From NCBI GenBank assembly GCA_964304625.1, contig OZ199838.1, positions 8,329,550-8,393,549 of the forward strand: a DNA stretch of 64,000 nucleotides, written 5' to 3'. The DNA is from Kudoa neothunni. Its lineage: Eukaryota > Animalia > Cnidaria. Below are positions 1 to 13,039 of this stretch, piece after piece (within the stretch, counting starts at the first letter, position 1; every line of letters begins with the position of its first letter). The notes under the pieces are model-generated. The model saw only the letters and a program-made list of their open reading frames with translations. It was not told where the DNA came from and did not search any database. The translations under genes were made by a program, and so were the position numbers.

Positions 1-4
1 TCGG

Positions 5-1612
5 GACTGACTATTCTCATGGAAACAAATAACTCCTCCGTTATAGGCGATATTTCAAATCTGACTTCATATTTGAATTAAGCTATTTTTAATCTAATTT
101 TTTATGTAAAAATTAATCGAAATTAAAGAAATAAAAATTCAACACTTTGCCTACCTTATTTACACAGTTCATTAGTAGTACACTCACGTTGTTAAGTCTA
201 TTATTATGTAATATAAACATTATAATTGAAATGAAAAGTAAAAAACATTTATTAATAAGTAGAAACTGTTCTGTTCGTGCATTCTTGTGTCACCCACCGT
301 GTCTGAATATGCGCGTGAATCCGTTCTGGTTGTGGGACGTTCTATTTCGTGAGACTATTTGTAAATTTAAAAACAAACGTTGAAATGAATGAAATCTGTA
401 GGACAAGTTTATATATTATATTAAATTGTAGAAGAGAAATTTAAGCTTTTGTAAGATATAAAATACCAATTGCACGGAATAAGCCTGAAAAGTGGTGTCA
501 TTATTGCTTCCTATGAAGCGCTTTTAAATTGATTTTCTCAAACTTATACCTTTTATTAAAAAATAATATTGTACTGTTAAAATTTCAAATGTGGTTATTT
601 TGGAGAAATTTTTTGGGCGGACAGCTAAACAACCATAGCTAGTGGATAAGTTGATCAATTCTTTATTGGAGTGAAAATTGGTTTTTCTGAACTATAAAAA
701 TTACACATCCCTCAGTATCAGGAAACAAATGTTTACAATCTTTAAATGAAATTTTCCAGAACAATTCAAAATGCTCACGGACGAATTAACCGTTATTTTA
801 TCTCCAACGTTGTTTATTATAATACTTACTACATTATTTCGTTGGATCGCTTTACTAAAGCCAAACAAACGTGCCCCAAAAATCACCATTCAAAAATTTT
901 CATTTTATAAATTTACCCATTGAGACGATACCAGAGGAATTAGTGCAGAAAATTCAGAATCACCCTGCTTGTTAAAGATTGATAAATGAGTTTAAATTAA
1001 CAAGTATAGGTTTACTCTAAAATTTAAACTCATAGGTTCCTGTATTTATAGGTTCTGTATTCACGAATAGGCATCATGAAAACCATTCTCATACCTCTAA
1101 TTAAACTAAACACATTTGTAGGGATAAAACAACGAAAATTCCCCGAAATTATGATACAATCTTATAGATACATATGAAAGTTGTTTACATCGTTGAAAAA
1201 TAGTTCGAATCCAATTAATATCCATTAATTAATGACAATTTTGTTAAATTTATATTAAAAAATGTTTAGATAGAAAAGTACATGCTTCGTATATGATTGG
1301 AGATGACTTATTCTAAGTTAGACTGCGTGCGTTGAGACGTATCAAACTAAAGGTTTCTAACCACCATTAGATATGTTTACATTTCATTTCAATTATAGTG
1401 TTTATATTACATAATATTAGACTTAACAACGTGAGTGTACTACTAATGAACTGTGTAAATAAGGTAGGCAAAGTGTTGAATTTTTATTTCTTTAATTTCG
1501 ATTAATTTTTACATAAAAATTAGATTAAAAATAGCTTAATTCAAATATGAAGTCAGATTTGAAATATCGCCTACAACGGAGGAGTTATTCGTTCCCATAG
1601 GAATAGCCACTG
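5..1612. mobile_element. Non-autonomous long-TIR DNA element (MULE/foldback-like), ~260 bp TIRs
   Basis: About 5-266 is the near-perfect reverse complement of about 1353-1612 (e.g. ctattctcatggaaac...cactcacgttgttaagtcta vs tagacttaacaacgtgagtg...gttcccataggaatag). No transposase ORF inside. Left TSD not assessable at the window edge. Confidence 0.8.
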
Positions 1613-2395
1613 CCTTTTTTATAACTTTAACGAAATGATCTATATGTTCGCATAGATCCTCTAATCATACCAATCATATCACGTGAAAGTGTTTTTTGTC
1701 ATTTTGCAGAATGCAAACCTTTTATAATTTTTTAGGTATTTTTCTATATTAAAATAAAATTTTATCCTTCCATATGTGTGCTCAAATGGGGAGATACGTC
1801 TCTCTATAAAGAATGAAAAATGCGTACACACACGGATTACCAGTTTGTTTTATATAGTAGAAGATTTAATAAATTTTTATAGATTTTTTTATAGAATTAT
1901 TCAACATAAATTAAATAATAGGTCAACTAATCGAATAAAAATGCTTTGTTTGGCCTATAATTATATAATTTATTGGTGTTTTAGCACTTCGCCAAATTTT
2001 TATTTTTCAATTTGATAATAAAAGGATAATTCTAAGTAGAGTTGTTTGGTTAATATATATATATATATATATTTAAACTAAAATTATTCATAAATTTCAA
2101 CAAAAAGAAATTGAGAATAACAAATTTACACTCGTGGTTGGTTCAAACTCTAGGGAATGAAAAATTAGGGATTAATTGTTAGGGTTTCCTTCAACTCAAC
2201 TATGATGGAACTTCCCCATCAACTGGGACGACGATTGCCTATAGCAGGCAGGGATTCTCAACCGGAGTAAATTTTAAATGACAGTGGTAAATAAGGTTAC
2301 ATCAAAATTTGATTAGGGAAATTTTTTCATAAAGGGATGTGTGGCGTACTAAGTGATTTCTAAGGTGTTATATTATTTAGGGCTATTAAACTTAA

Positions 2396-3381
2396 CCTTT
2401 CAGGTACTTTTGGGGTCATTATACCCCAAGCCATATAAAATTTTTTTGTTGACTCCTTCCAATTATCTAAATTTTCTAAAACTCGGTCTATTCTTATAAA
2501 ATTTCTTACACTGTATGCCTACCAAATAAGTTTTGAATTATCATTTAGGAATAAAAAATGAAATAAAAATTATACATTTAGTATCGATAAAATCGATGTA
2601 CGCAAAAATAAGATACAAAAAAATATCATAACTTACACTAGATTATCTTATTTGGGTGACGGTAAAAACTGTGAGTTCTATCAGCGCTAAGTAATTTCGA
2701 CACTTGGTGCTTTTGGGTCCAATATAATCCGCTATTTTATTTCATCATTTCATGTATAAAATTATAATAAAATGGAATTGAGAATATTAGCAAAATCTAT
2801 CAGCGAAATACTGAAAAAAATGAAATATACTAGTCAGCGAGTTTATTCGATTATACACGAACCGAGATTATTACAGATATTTGTCTTCATAGAGGCCTTT
2901 TACGAAATATATTCCGCCGATTATAATTCCTACTTCAGTGAAATCATCGATTCTTCTGATTTTATTGATTCTATCACTAATGTATCTGAATATGATGACA
3001 ATAACCTTATCTGGACCGCAGAAGCTATATAAACCTCCAAAATATTAAAAGAAAACTTTTTAAGTAAGGCCTCTTGCCTTATGAATGTTGCAGCCCAGAG
3101 CATCTTTCATATAACGGATTTGTTGACATATTCTTGGAAGGAAATTTTTACAGAAATATTGCATGTAATGCCAATATGTTTGATTTTCATTATTATAATC
3201 ATTGTTGCAAAGTGCTTTCAGCTATTGAAAATGGTTCTTACCATGGTTGGAACACTTAGAGTTAATAAGAGAAATGTTCCTCGTATAATTAACAAAATAA
3301 ACCGGGAACTCATTTAGCACACTTTTTCTGTTTAATAAAAAGAAAATACTAGCCTCTTAAGTCCCTAAAATAATAAGGATT
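2396..3381 (+). mobile_element. piggyBac-family element, left part, truncated by a Merlin insertion
   Basis: TTAA followed by CCTTTCAGGTACTTTTGGGGTC...ACCCC. Highly similar to 25132-25917, a fuller copy with piggyBac C-terminal motifs. Confidence 0.75.
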
Positions 3382-4550
3382 GGACCTCATTTGATATCCG
3401 CCCCAAATAATCTTATAACATTATCGAGATCAACGAATTTGGCTAATCGTTTGTTTGCCGTCGCTAACACTAATGCCGCATCATGAGGATTATTGGCTCA
3501 CAAACACAATATATAAGGATTAAGTCGCTATTTACAAACAACCACACAACAATGATTGCACCAAGAAAGGCATTCGATAAAATTTCCAATGAAGAGAAAA
3601 ATTACATCAATTATCTCATTGAACGTGGCATTCTAATTGCAGTAAATATGGTGGAATTAGATTTTCGATCCACAGAAAAAATTGGCGATGTTGTGCAAAG
3701 TCTTGCCGGAAAGAGGTCTCTATTTTTGACTATACGATCTTTAAAAATATGAAACTCAAAGTTAATGATTTCATGGAGATGGTTTATTTATTGGTTAATG
3801 GGTGTAAAAACCCTAAACTTGATCATTATTACTGGCCACTCTTCTCAAATTATCACTAACTATCCCCACTACCTTAGACAAATGATGGTCGATAGTTTAG
3901 GATTCGAGGACATCATAATTGGAGGAGAACACACAGTCGTAGAAATTGATGAACCCAAGTTTGGTAAAATAAAGCATAACAAAGGCCATGGTGTTAATGG
4001 AACATGTGTTCTTGGGGGTGTCCTTTCGACACCCCAAAGAAAATTGTTCCATATTGAAGTTCCCGATAGAACGGCAGAAACATTAATAGAAATAATAAAA
4101 ACTCACGTAAAGCCATATTCAATTATAATAACCGATTCTTGCAAGAGTTATTCTACATTGCATAACTTCTATCAGCATTTAACAGTTAATCATTGCATTG
4201 AATATGTTGATAGTACTACTGGAGCACATACAAACACAATTTAAGGTACGTGAGGAGCTATAAAGTACAAAATTTCACCTAGAAATAGAACATCTTCAGT
4301 ACAAGATGATGGCTCTGTTTCTATGGATGGAATCAACGAACTCCTAGCAGAATTTCAGTGGAGGCGAAAAAACTGTAATGATCTCTGGGATGGTTTCATC
4401 TGTGCACTTCAAACCGTGATGTATGACATCGTATTAGAATAACTATAGACCATTACTTACATATCGTTATTATTAAATATAATCTTGTTTATTACAAAAT
4501 AAATCTTTTTTCGAACGGGGCTTAAAGGGGGCGTATATCAAATTTCAGCC
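3382..4550 (+). mobile_element. Merlin (IS1595/ISXO2-like) DNA transposon, disrupted transposase ~3483-4440
   Basis: ORF pieces with IGGEHTVVEIDEPKFGKIKHNKG, IITDS and VNH..EYVD..TGAHTNTI motifs. 23-bp imperfect TIRs (GGACCTCATTTGATATCCGCCCC / GGCTGAAATTTGATATACGCCCC). No TSD seen. Confidence 0.9.
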
Positions 4551-5016
4551 CATATATAGATTTTTATCGCATCTAAAACCATTAGTAAAACCTTTAAAAT
4601 ATACATATCAAGTCATATACGTTAAACTCCACAAATAAGGAATGTATTTTCACAAAACCCCAAATTTACGTGCCAACATTATATAAAAAATTAGATGGCA
4701 TCGCTTAATTGAAATTTAATAGAGTATATAAGGGAAAATGTAAACTTCAACCGACTTTCAGCAGGTCATAATTAATGTTAATCCTATTGTTGAACTAAAG
4801 TAATCCGATAAACAAACTTTGAATCGACAAAATCATCATTTTTTGAATACTTCTGGGAACATTTGGTATTGTAAAAACGATTTAAAAATATATTTGGAAA
4901 CTTGCGGTTTCTAAAAAACTTCATAAATGTCTCTCTATAACGAAAAAATTTTGACGCACATGCGTACTTGATGACACGTGCACACGGACACTTCAACTGT
5001 ATATATATAGTAGATA

Positions 5017-5835
5017 CTAGCGCAAAAGCCCCGCTTCGCATAGGCTTCTTTGCCCGGCAATGCAGACTAAAGCCTTGAGTAGGCCAAGGTCATTTTAAGT
5101 TAAAAGTCAATTATAATTATTTTATCGTTCTTTTGACAACAATGTTGATCGAAATAAACAGCATTAACCCGATCATCTTCACTTTCTTCTTTATTGGAAT
5201 TTATTTTCATTTAGAAATCATATGTTCTACAACTCACGTGGCGTATTAATCACTTTAACTAACCCCTCGATGAACTAACTAATCTAAACGTTTACTAACG
5301 ATGTTTCATTTAATTATAACGTGCTAACATCATTATATGTTTATTTTGAAAATATTTAAAATTTTTTATCTTTAATTAAACGTGCAAAGTAAATAATTTA
5401 TTCTCGTGCATTAATCTCCAGTTTAAACAACAAATCTTCGTTTACACCGAGTTCCCGCCTACGCACGAAAAAATGTTGTGGATCGCCTTAAGTACGTCCA
5501 AAAGTAGGAAAGAATAAACATTCAAAGTTTCAGTTGTATTTACATACAGAATATTAGGGTTATCCACGTATATCATTGAACTCGTTTGGAAATCATGTGC
5601 AGTGGTAATCTCGTTATCATCAGCGTTAATCTACCTACAAAAAGTTCATACTACAAATTTACCAATTTGTAAACAATCAGACAGCTTCATTTTATTTTTG
5701 TAGTTGATTTAGTAGTTTTAAAGTATATTAAAAGCCTTATCAAGCATAAAAAGTCTCTGTATAAGGAGAAGATTTGTGTGTACACAGACAGATACACACA
5801 CTGAAACTATTACTTTATATATTAGGATCGATAGA
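5017..5835 (-). mobile_element. Non-autonomous Helitron-like element
   Basis: Minus strand: 5' A|TC...CCTAATATATAAAG followed by a TG-rich tract; 3' hairpin GCGAAGC-GGG-GCTTTTGC then CTAG|T at 5020-5016. Confidence 0.6.
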
Positions 5836-7062
5836 TTTTGTGTAAAAATTATTTTAGTTAACATTGTTAAAATCAAATATAGGTGAAACTTCATTTAAGT
5901 TCTTCACGTCTTATGTGTCACCCGCCATTCTTGACTTGGCTCGTACATTACGATTTTGAATTCCCTTTATTGCGCACTACCCGTAAGTCATCGTAATTGA
6001 TAATTAGTTTAGATAATTTAAATTTATAAATGAGATCTTTTAGGATTAAAATTCGACATTATTCCATAATGGCCTGATCACATCTAAATTTAAAGATAAT
6101 CATCTGTAACATGTTTTAACCTTGTGATAATGTGACTCCAAATAACATAATATCAATATTGTATAAGAAACTGCTTTTATAGATTTTACATGAAATAACC
6201 GATCAAAATGATGGCCATTATCAATCTATCAATGTAAAAATAATTGTTAAAGAACAAAAAATCTCCCATAGGGATTAACTATTCTTTGAGATACTAACGT
6301 TGGAGCTAGTTTAAGCTATATTATAATTAATTACATCACGTATGTGATTGAGTGTGAAAAAAATAAAAAGAGAGAATGCATTAAAGAGTGAACGCTGCAC
6401 AGTACAACTTAATGCATGAAAGCAGAATGTAAATATGCGTGCGCAAACACGGGTGATTATCTGATGTGTTTCTTGGTCTAAGCTTAACCATTGCTTTTTC
6501 GGCTTTATGAAAACATTAAGTATAAATTAATGATAGATTAAAAATATTGGTACATTTTGATGTTATTTTATTAATCAATTTCTGAAGTGGAAGTGACGCT
6601 TTGAGTTTTGACCACATTATAATAACCTTTGAGGTATTATAATTTTAATGAACATCGTTACTATTATCATTAAATTTAATGGATTTGCTGAGAAAAAATT
6701 TATCATTCCAGTGCAATAGCGTTGATAAAATATACACAGTTGATCATAAAAAATATAAATTTATTGAATCCTTACAATCCTGAGGTCACTAATGTGAAGT
6801 ATATTAAGGTGAGTGTTTGATATCGATGACTCTAAGGGAGGGAATATAAAATAAAATTTTTCATTTTTATTTAGCAATATTTAATTTAGATAAATATTAT
6901 CACTCTGGTTTTTAACAAAACTTTGCGTCTTGCTATTGCGATAGGTGTGGAAAAGGGAATATGCTTAGATAAGGATAATTCGTTAAATCAGATTATTTTT
7001 TTAATAAAAGATTACATTAGTTAATCCAGTATCATTGATAATTAGGTAATATTTGAAAGTCA

Positions 7063-8165
7063 ATGGCTGACTCCGATGATCACACAAGAAAGCTGTGGAT
7101 AAAATATAAGAGTGATTACGATTATGTATTTGACAAAGACGATGAGGAACGTTTTTTTCACATATTCAGTGAAAACTGTCGTTTCATCTCTAATGAGAAC
7201 AATATACGAGAACACCAATATAAATGTGAAATAAACTCCACTGCTCACATAGTAATTTTTATTATTAATTAATTGATTAATGGAATATTACAAATATTTC
7301 TGTTACATATTCATAAACCAATAAATATACATAATCATAGAATCACAATGAATATATGAACCTACTGGTGAAAGAAGCATTTGACCCTACAAAAGTGGCC
7401 CAACCAAAACTAATTAAAAACAAAAAGTTAAAAGGAAACGCAAAGAAAAACTTAGATTGGAGAATATCCAGTGGGGTTACTGAATCCAAAAAAATTGATT
7501 ATTTTTGGAAGAAAAAACACTTATGGGTTCAAACCATTTTCGACTGTGTTGAATCATTGTACAAAATCCAAAAGAAATCTACAATAGTTTTGTCATCTAC
7601 GCAGTTTGAAAACGAACTTAACGAGATGTCCAATGTCGGAGTAACCGGGCTCACTCAGTGGGCTTTATTGCACGCTCAAGGTGTGGGTTTTGTTAGTGAA
7701 AAGTCTTATGGTGACGAAGTAATATTTATTGCCCGCTAGAAATTATAAGCAGTTTTAGAATCCCCTACAAGCTCTTGAAGATATAAAAACCTATAAAATC
7801 GAGGGATACGATCGAATAAAGGCAAAAAATTCCTTTATTGAAAAGGCTCTCACACATTACGGACCAGCAATTGCCAATATTGATGCTAGTGAAAAATCAT
7901 TTAGGTTTTACAAAAGTGGTATCTACAATCCAACTGGAATTCCATTGAAATCCACGGTGAACCATTGTGTTCTACTTGTTGGATACGACCATACTTCAAA
8001 GCGAGGAGCTTGGATCGTCAAAAACTGGTATTTTATACGAAAAAACTTTTGGATTTATTTTTTTCTTCTAGTTGGGGCAAGGATTGGGGGAACGATGGAT
8101 TTATTAACATTGATATGAAAAGTGAAGTTTGTGGAGTCAACTCAAGCGTTCATGTTATTTATTAA
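7063..8165 (+). CDS. Papain-family (C1A, cathepsin L-like) protein with I29 prodomain; catalytic Cys absent (pseudoprotease). True 5' exon probably upstream.
   Basis: Removing introns 7252-7340, 7719-7758 and 8028-8071 gives an open frame: ERFNIN-like prodomain (EERFFHIFSEN..I...N), LDWR, GPAIANIDAS..FRFYKSGIY, NHCVLLVGY, WIVKNCWGKDWGNDGF, CGV. Confidence 0.9.
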
Positions 8166-8701
8166 TTGGCATGCTTTCATTATTATAACTTGATATCAAG
8201 TAAGATAATAACTGTTAGAACCTCATTTTTTCTCGTTTTTTCGATTGTTTAAATTTATTGACTTTAAATTTTAACGTAAATATCTTACCAAAATGTTTTC
8301 TTTAATTCTAGCCACGTCGCTGAGGTTTATTTTTTTTATTGTTATAATTTTATAAAACTAATGGATATACTTTGCTAAAATCCGCCAAACTGCACTCAAT
8401 ATTTTTAAAGTTTACCTAGATTATACAACAAATCAGAGCAGGTGACGTTACGTAATTTGTAGATTGTAGCGATCGAATTCACCTAGATATATTTCGTTTT
8501 ATTTTTAATCATAAAAATAAGATTCTCGTCTATTATCTAGTTAATTTCTGTCGTAATATTCTATAACTTACATACTTCAATTTTATACAAAGAAAAAATT
8601 ACTCCACTTTAACTCTATAACACTTTTAGGTTGTAATACGCTCCAAAAATTTCCGATTCGTAAAGTAATTGCACTTGGCGCGTGCGCCGTAATATCTATA
8701 C

Positions 8702-11700
8702 CTGGCACGTGGTGTCAGGGTAGGCAGTGCCTACCCATTTAATCAAAATTAATGGTAATGGTATAGTGTGCTGCTCCCAAAATTCGGCCCCTCGCATATC
8801 TGTAAATTTACCGACATTAGACCGATTCGAATATTTACAATTTTAAAATATGGTCTGTATACTAATAAACCACAATAATCATTCAAATATTCGGTTAAAG
8901 TTCGGTTCCTCCCCCCTTCGGCGTCCGCCGGTTACCCGCCATCGGTACTAGTTGGGGTTCCGGCTGTTTACATTTTCTGGAGTACGCTTCCTGCAATCTT
9001 CAATTATGAAAATTTAGATGACCTAAATTTTGAAGACTTATGTTACTTCAAGGATCATCCTGAAAATTTAATTATTTTTTTCAGCAACTTGACTTGCTAC
9101 AAACACAATGGTTTGTTCCTGTGGAGGTCCAATGAAACTTTCTCCGAGGAACAATTAAACATATTTATATTTTGTAGATTTTATTTTATTGTAAAAATCT
9201 ATATAATTATGTCTTTTTCCGATCGTCAATGATTAAATATCTTTAGTGAATTACGGCATTGTTAAGTTTATTTTAATTAGTGGTAAGTGTTAACCTATTA
9301 TTTTTTATAATGATTATATATATATATATATTTATTAAATAATTAAAGTTTTTGTATAAAATAACAAAATCTTCCGAAAATTAAGTTAAAAGAGATTATT
9401 TTACATTAACATAGTCTCATTAGGATACAATTAAAAAAGAACATGTTGTAAAATATGAAAAATATATACTATTTATATTTAAAATGTAATCTTATTTTAG
9501 ATTTTATACCGTTATCTATCATTTGTTTTAAAAAATAACAAATAAAATCCATAATTAATCAATAATATCTATAATACCATCCAAAATATTCGTTTATATA
9601 TAATTCTCAAATTTAATGATAAAAACTTATATTAATTTATATCATATATTGTTATGCACATAAATTGACACCTTATTTTATAATTTTTTAACATTTAAAA
9701 TAATACATATTATATTTTTTCAATTGATATATTTTGTTTAATTACGTCCAACTAAAGTAAACCAGATTTTATTGGGTCTATTTGTTATGAAACGTGACCC
9801 GATTAGTAACGATGACGGGTAACCGGTGGATGCCGGAGGCGGGAGGAACTGGACTTTAACCCAAATATTCTTATAAAATTACAAAAAATTCGATGTATTA
9901 GCGGTAAGATAGGCACAAGTCGTCTCTGCCTTCTAATCGTTATATAAAATCCACGTAAAATTTCGTGGCTAGCACGTGCCGCATCACTGCGTTTTAATGG
10001 CTGACCGTAGGCAGAATTTATACTGCCTACTGTTGAATCACGTGACCTTTCTAAAATATTTCAGTTGTGCGTGCTCTATTTGTTCAGTGTTTTCTTAATT
10101 TTAATCAAAGATAATTTTTAAAATACGATAATCTATATGACAACTATACTGGGAATATCACTCAAAGTTAATACTAATTATTGCCCTACATGTCATAAGA
10201 GCCCGCGCCTCTGTTAGTCTTACTTCATCTCTTCAAATATGGATAGCAGATATCTTAAAGAGTTTTCAAAACTTCCTTACAAAAATAAATTACAAATTAT
10301 AAGAAATGGTAGTCTGACTCCTGGTCTTAAAGAACTTAAACAACTGAAAGGGAAGACATTTATCAGGACGTTTAATAATTCGTGATATGAGAAAAAAGAG
10401 GGGTTATGTGGGTGTGCTGTAACAATAAGGCTATTTTGTTTCCCATGTTTGCTTTTTCCGATGACTAATGAAAGTGTGTGGATCAAAGAAGGATATTTCG
10501 ACTTAAATAATTTACCGATCGCTTTAAATAAGCATGAGCGATCCGCAGCGCACTATAAAAATCAAGTTTCATGGAAAACATTTGGATCTATATGAGTAGA
10601 ATAGTTTCTTGATAAACAGAAGAATATATCAGTTGAAGTTCACAACAAGAATGTTACGGAAAACAGAAAGATATTGAAAACTTTGATCCGTGCAGTTTGT
10701 TTTTTGATTAAACAAGAACTTACTTTTCGCGGCGATAATGAACACAAGCTGTCTTTAAATCGTGGCAAATATTTGGAGTTGTTGAATTATACCGCAAAAT
10801 TTGACGAAAAATTATCGTATCGTTTACAGAATTCATCTGTTTTTCTGGTATTTCCAACAGGATTCAAAATGATCTGATTGAGGCTATAAAGGTGGTTTTT
10901 GAGAATAATATTAAAAAGGAATTAGCACAGGCTCCATTCGTTGTGATAGAAGTGGATGAGACGAACGATATCGCATGCACATCTCAATGTTCAACAATGT
11001 TAAGATACGTATTGGGACCAAAAATTAAGGATGTTTTCATTGGATTTCATACTCCTCGTGGCAGAACAGCGGGTGGTGTAACGGAATGTGTATTTAAAAA
11101 CATATATCAATACAACATCGAAGAGAAATTAGTCGCACAAACGTATGCTGGAACGATAGTTATGGCATTCCACTTAAATGCAATTCAGTCATAAGTTCGA
11201 CAAAAGATATCGACCTCGCTGTTCACTCACTGTTATGCCCATAAGTTAAATCTTGTGTTGTCACAATCGGCCAAATTTATTCCTGATTGTACGAGCTTTT
11301 TCAAGAATAATGAAGTAATTTCTTATTTTTTCAAAAATTCAGCTAAACGGGTTCAATTTCTTGATGAGATTATGTTGAGACACATTCCAACAGCAGCGGC
11401 AACGAGATGGAATTTAAATTCAAAATTAGCGCAGATGATATTAGAGTATCACGATGATCTTCGCAAACTTTTCTACAATATAAACAACAATCCCTCATCT
11501 TGGGATTCGGACACTTTACTTTGAAGTATTGGACTTTACAATTGGCTGAAAAACGACTCAACATATTTTTTACTGATGATATATAATGAAATTTTCGTTT
11601 TAACTGGTGCGCTCTTCCATATATTGCAGACGAAAATGATAGACATTGCGTATTGTATCGAAAGAATCAATGTAACAATAACAAAGCTTGAGGATATGCT

Positions 11701-13039
11701 CATAAAATTTTAGTCATTGTATTATAATTTCGAAAAATATTGTCAAGAAAATATCTTCATTAGACCTATCCTTCCCCTCAATGTGACACAAAAAATGAAA
11801 GAGCGATATTATTGGGTACAATAGTCGGTGATTAATAAAGAGTCTGAGAACGAGATCTAATGATTTCGAAAATCTCAAGTTTATTTCATTGATTAATAGA
11901 AATAATTTTGACAATTCATCGTGCCAAATTGACACGAGTGTCCTTGAAAGTCTGCAAACGAATTATAAAAAAAGCTTTGACATTTTAATACTGAAAGGCG
12001 ATATGGCCAGAATTTATAATGCTCACATATTCAATGAATAGTCCCCTATAAAATTGTTCGATTTTATCTCCCAAAATTAACTGGACCAAATATTTCCCGA
12101 AGTTGTCAATTTGTTACAATTAATTTTAACGATTCCTGAAACAACCGTTTCTGTGGAAAGATCGTTTTCTGCATTGAAACGAATTAAAAGCTACACCTGG
12201 AACAGGATGACAAACCAATGACTTTCTTCCCTTGCATTAATATCGATTGAAAAGGAAAGACTTAACCAAATGGAACAAGGCCCGACCTTCAATTTCTATA
12301 AAAAGGTGATTGATACCTTTGCTACAACAAAAGAAAGAAGAATAGGTTTCCTTTATAAGTAGAAAAATACAAAACACCAACTTTCAAATATTTTTGTAAT
12401 CCTAACTTACAGAAATGATTTATCCGCTTTATTTTGGCCTATCATAGCATTATTGGTTTGTATTATAAAATATTGTAAAAATAATCTCTTTATTATCTAA
12501 TTTAGATGTTTACATAGCATAGAACAAAGTCGATAATTTAAATTAAGAATGTTTTATGGCGTTAACTAGATGTTACCTCCATAATAATTGTTAAGAATGG
12601 ATTAATATTAATTTCATGATATATAAATCATAATAATATAAAAATATATCATTCAATTATTATTGTAACCTATCTAGTTTGATAAGGAGACGTTCACATT
12701 CCAAATAAATCGTTGGAATATAAATTAATTGCATTCTCACGCATAAACGTTAATTTAATTAAGCAAATATTTTAAAATCCTGAAAAGTTCGATTTCGAAT
12801 TGTAATATCTTATTTTTAGTCTACGAATACAACCTAAGAATTACAATTTCCGGTAAGTAATTATTACAAAATCTATTGAGCAATAATTCTTACTCATTAA
12901 ATCAAAACTAATTTTCTTGAAAGATTATCTGTAGATTCGACATTTTTTAGTTTCCTATGTGCAAATATAAATAGTTAAAATTTTCTTGTATCAAGGCACC
13001 GGCTACCTACCCAGAGCAAATACCCACTGCACGTGCCTG
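8702..13039 (+). mobile_element. hAT transposon (ZMYM1-like/TTF zinc finger), decayed transposase 10239-12362
   Basis: TIR C(T/A)GGCACGTG; 8-bp TSD atctatac/atctatat. Fragments carry FRGDNE, DETND, HCYAHKLNL, TRWN and SVERSFSALKRIK motifs with many stops and frameshifts. Confidence 0.92.
8893..9861 (+). mobile_element. Non-autonomous Merlin-like element nested in the hAT
   Basis: ~70-bp GC-rich TIRs starting GGTTAAAG; perfect 9-bp TSD caaatattc (8884-8892, 9862-9870). Internal remnant CSCGGPMKL resembles a Merlin N-terminal zinc ribbon. Confidence 0.8.

Noticed and set aside
2053-2072. (TA)n tracts (also ~9315-9331 and ~49558-49571)
   Set aside because: Ordinary microsatellites in AT-rich DNA.
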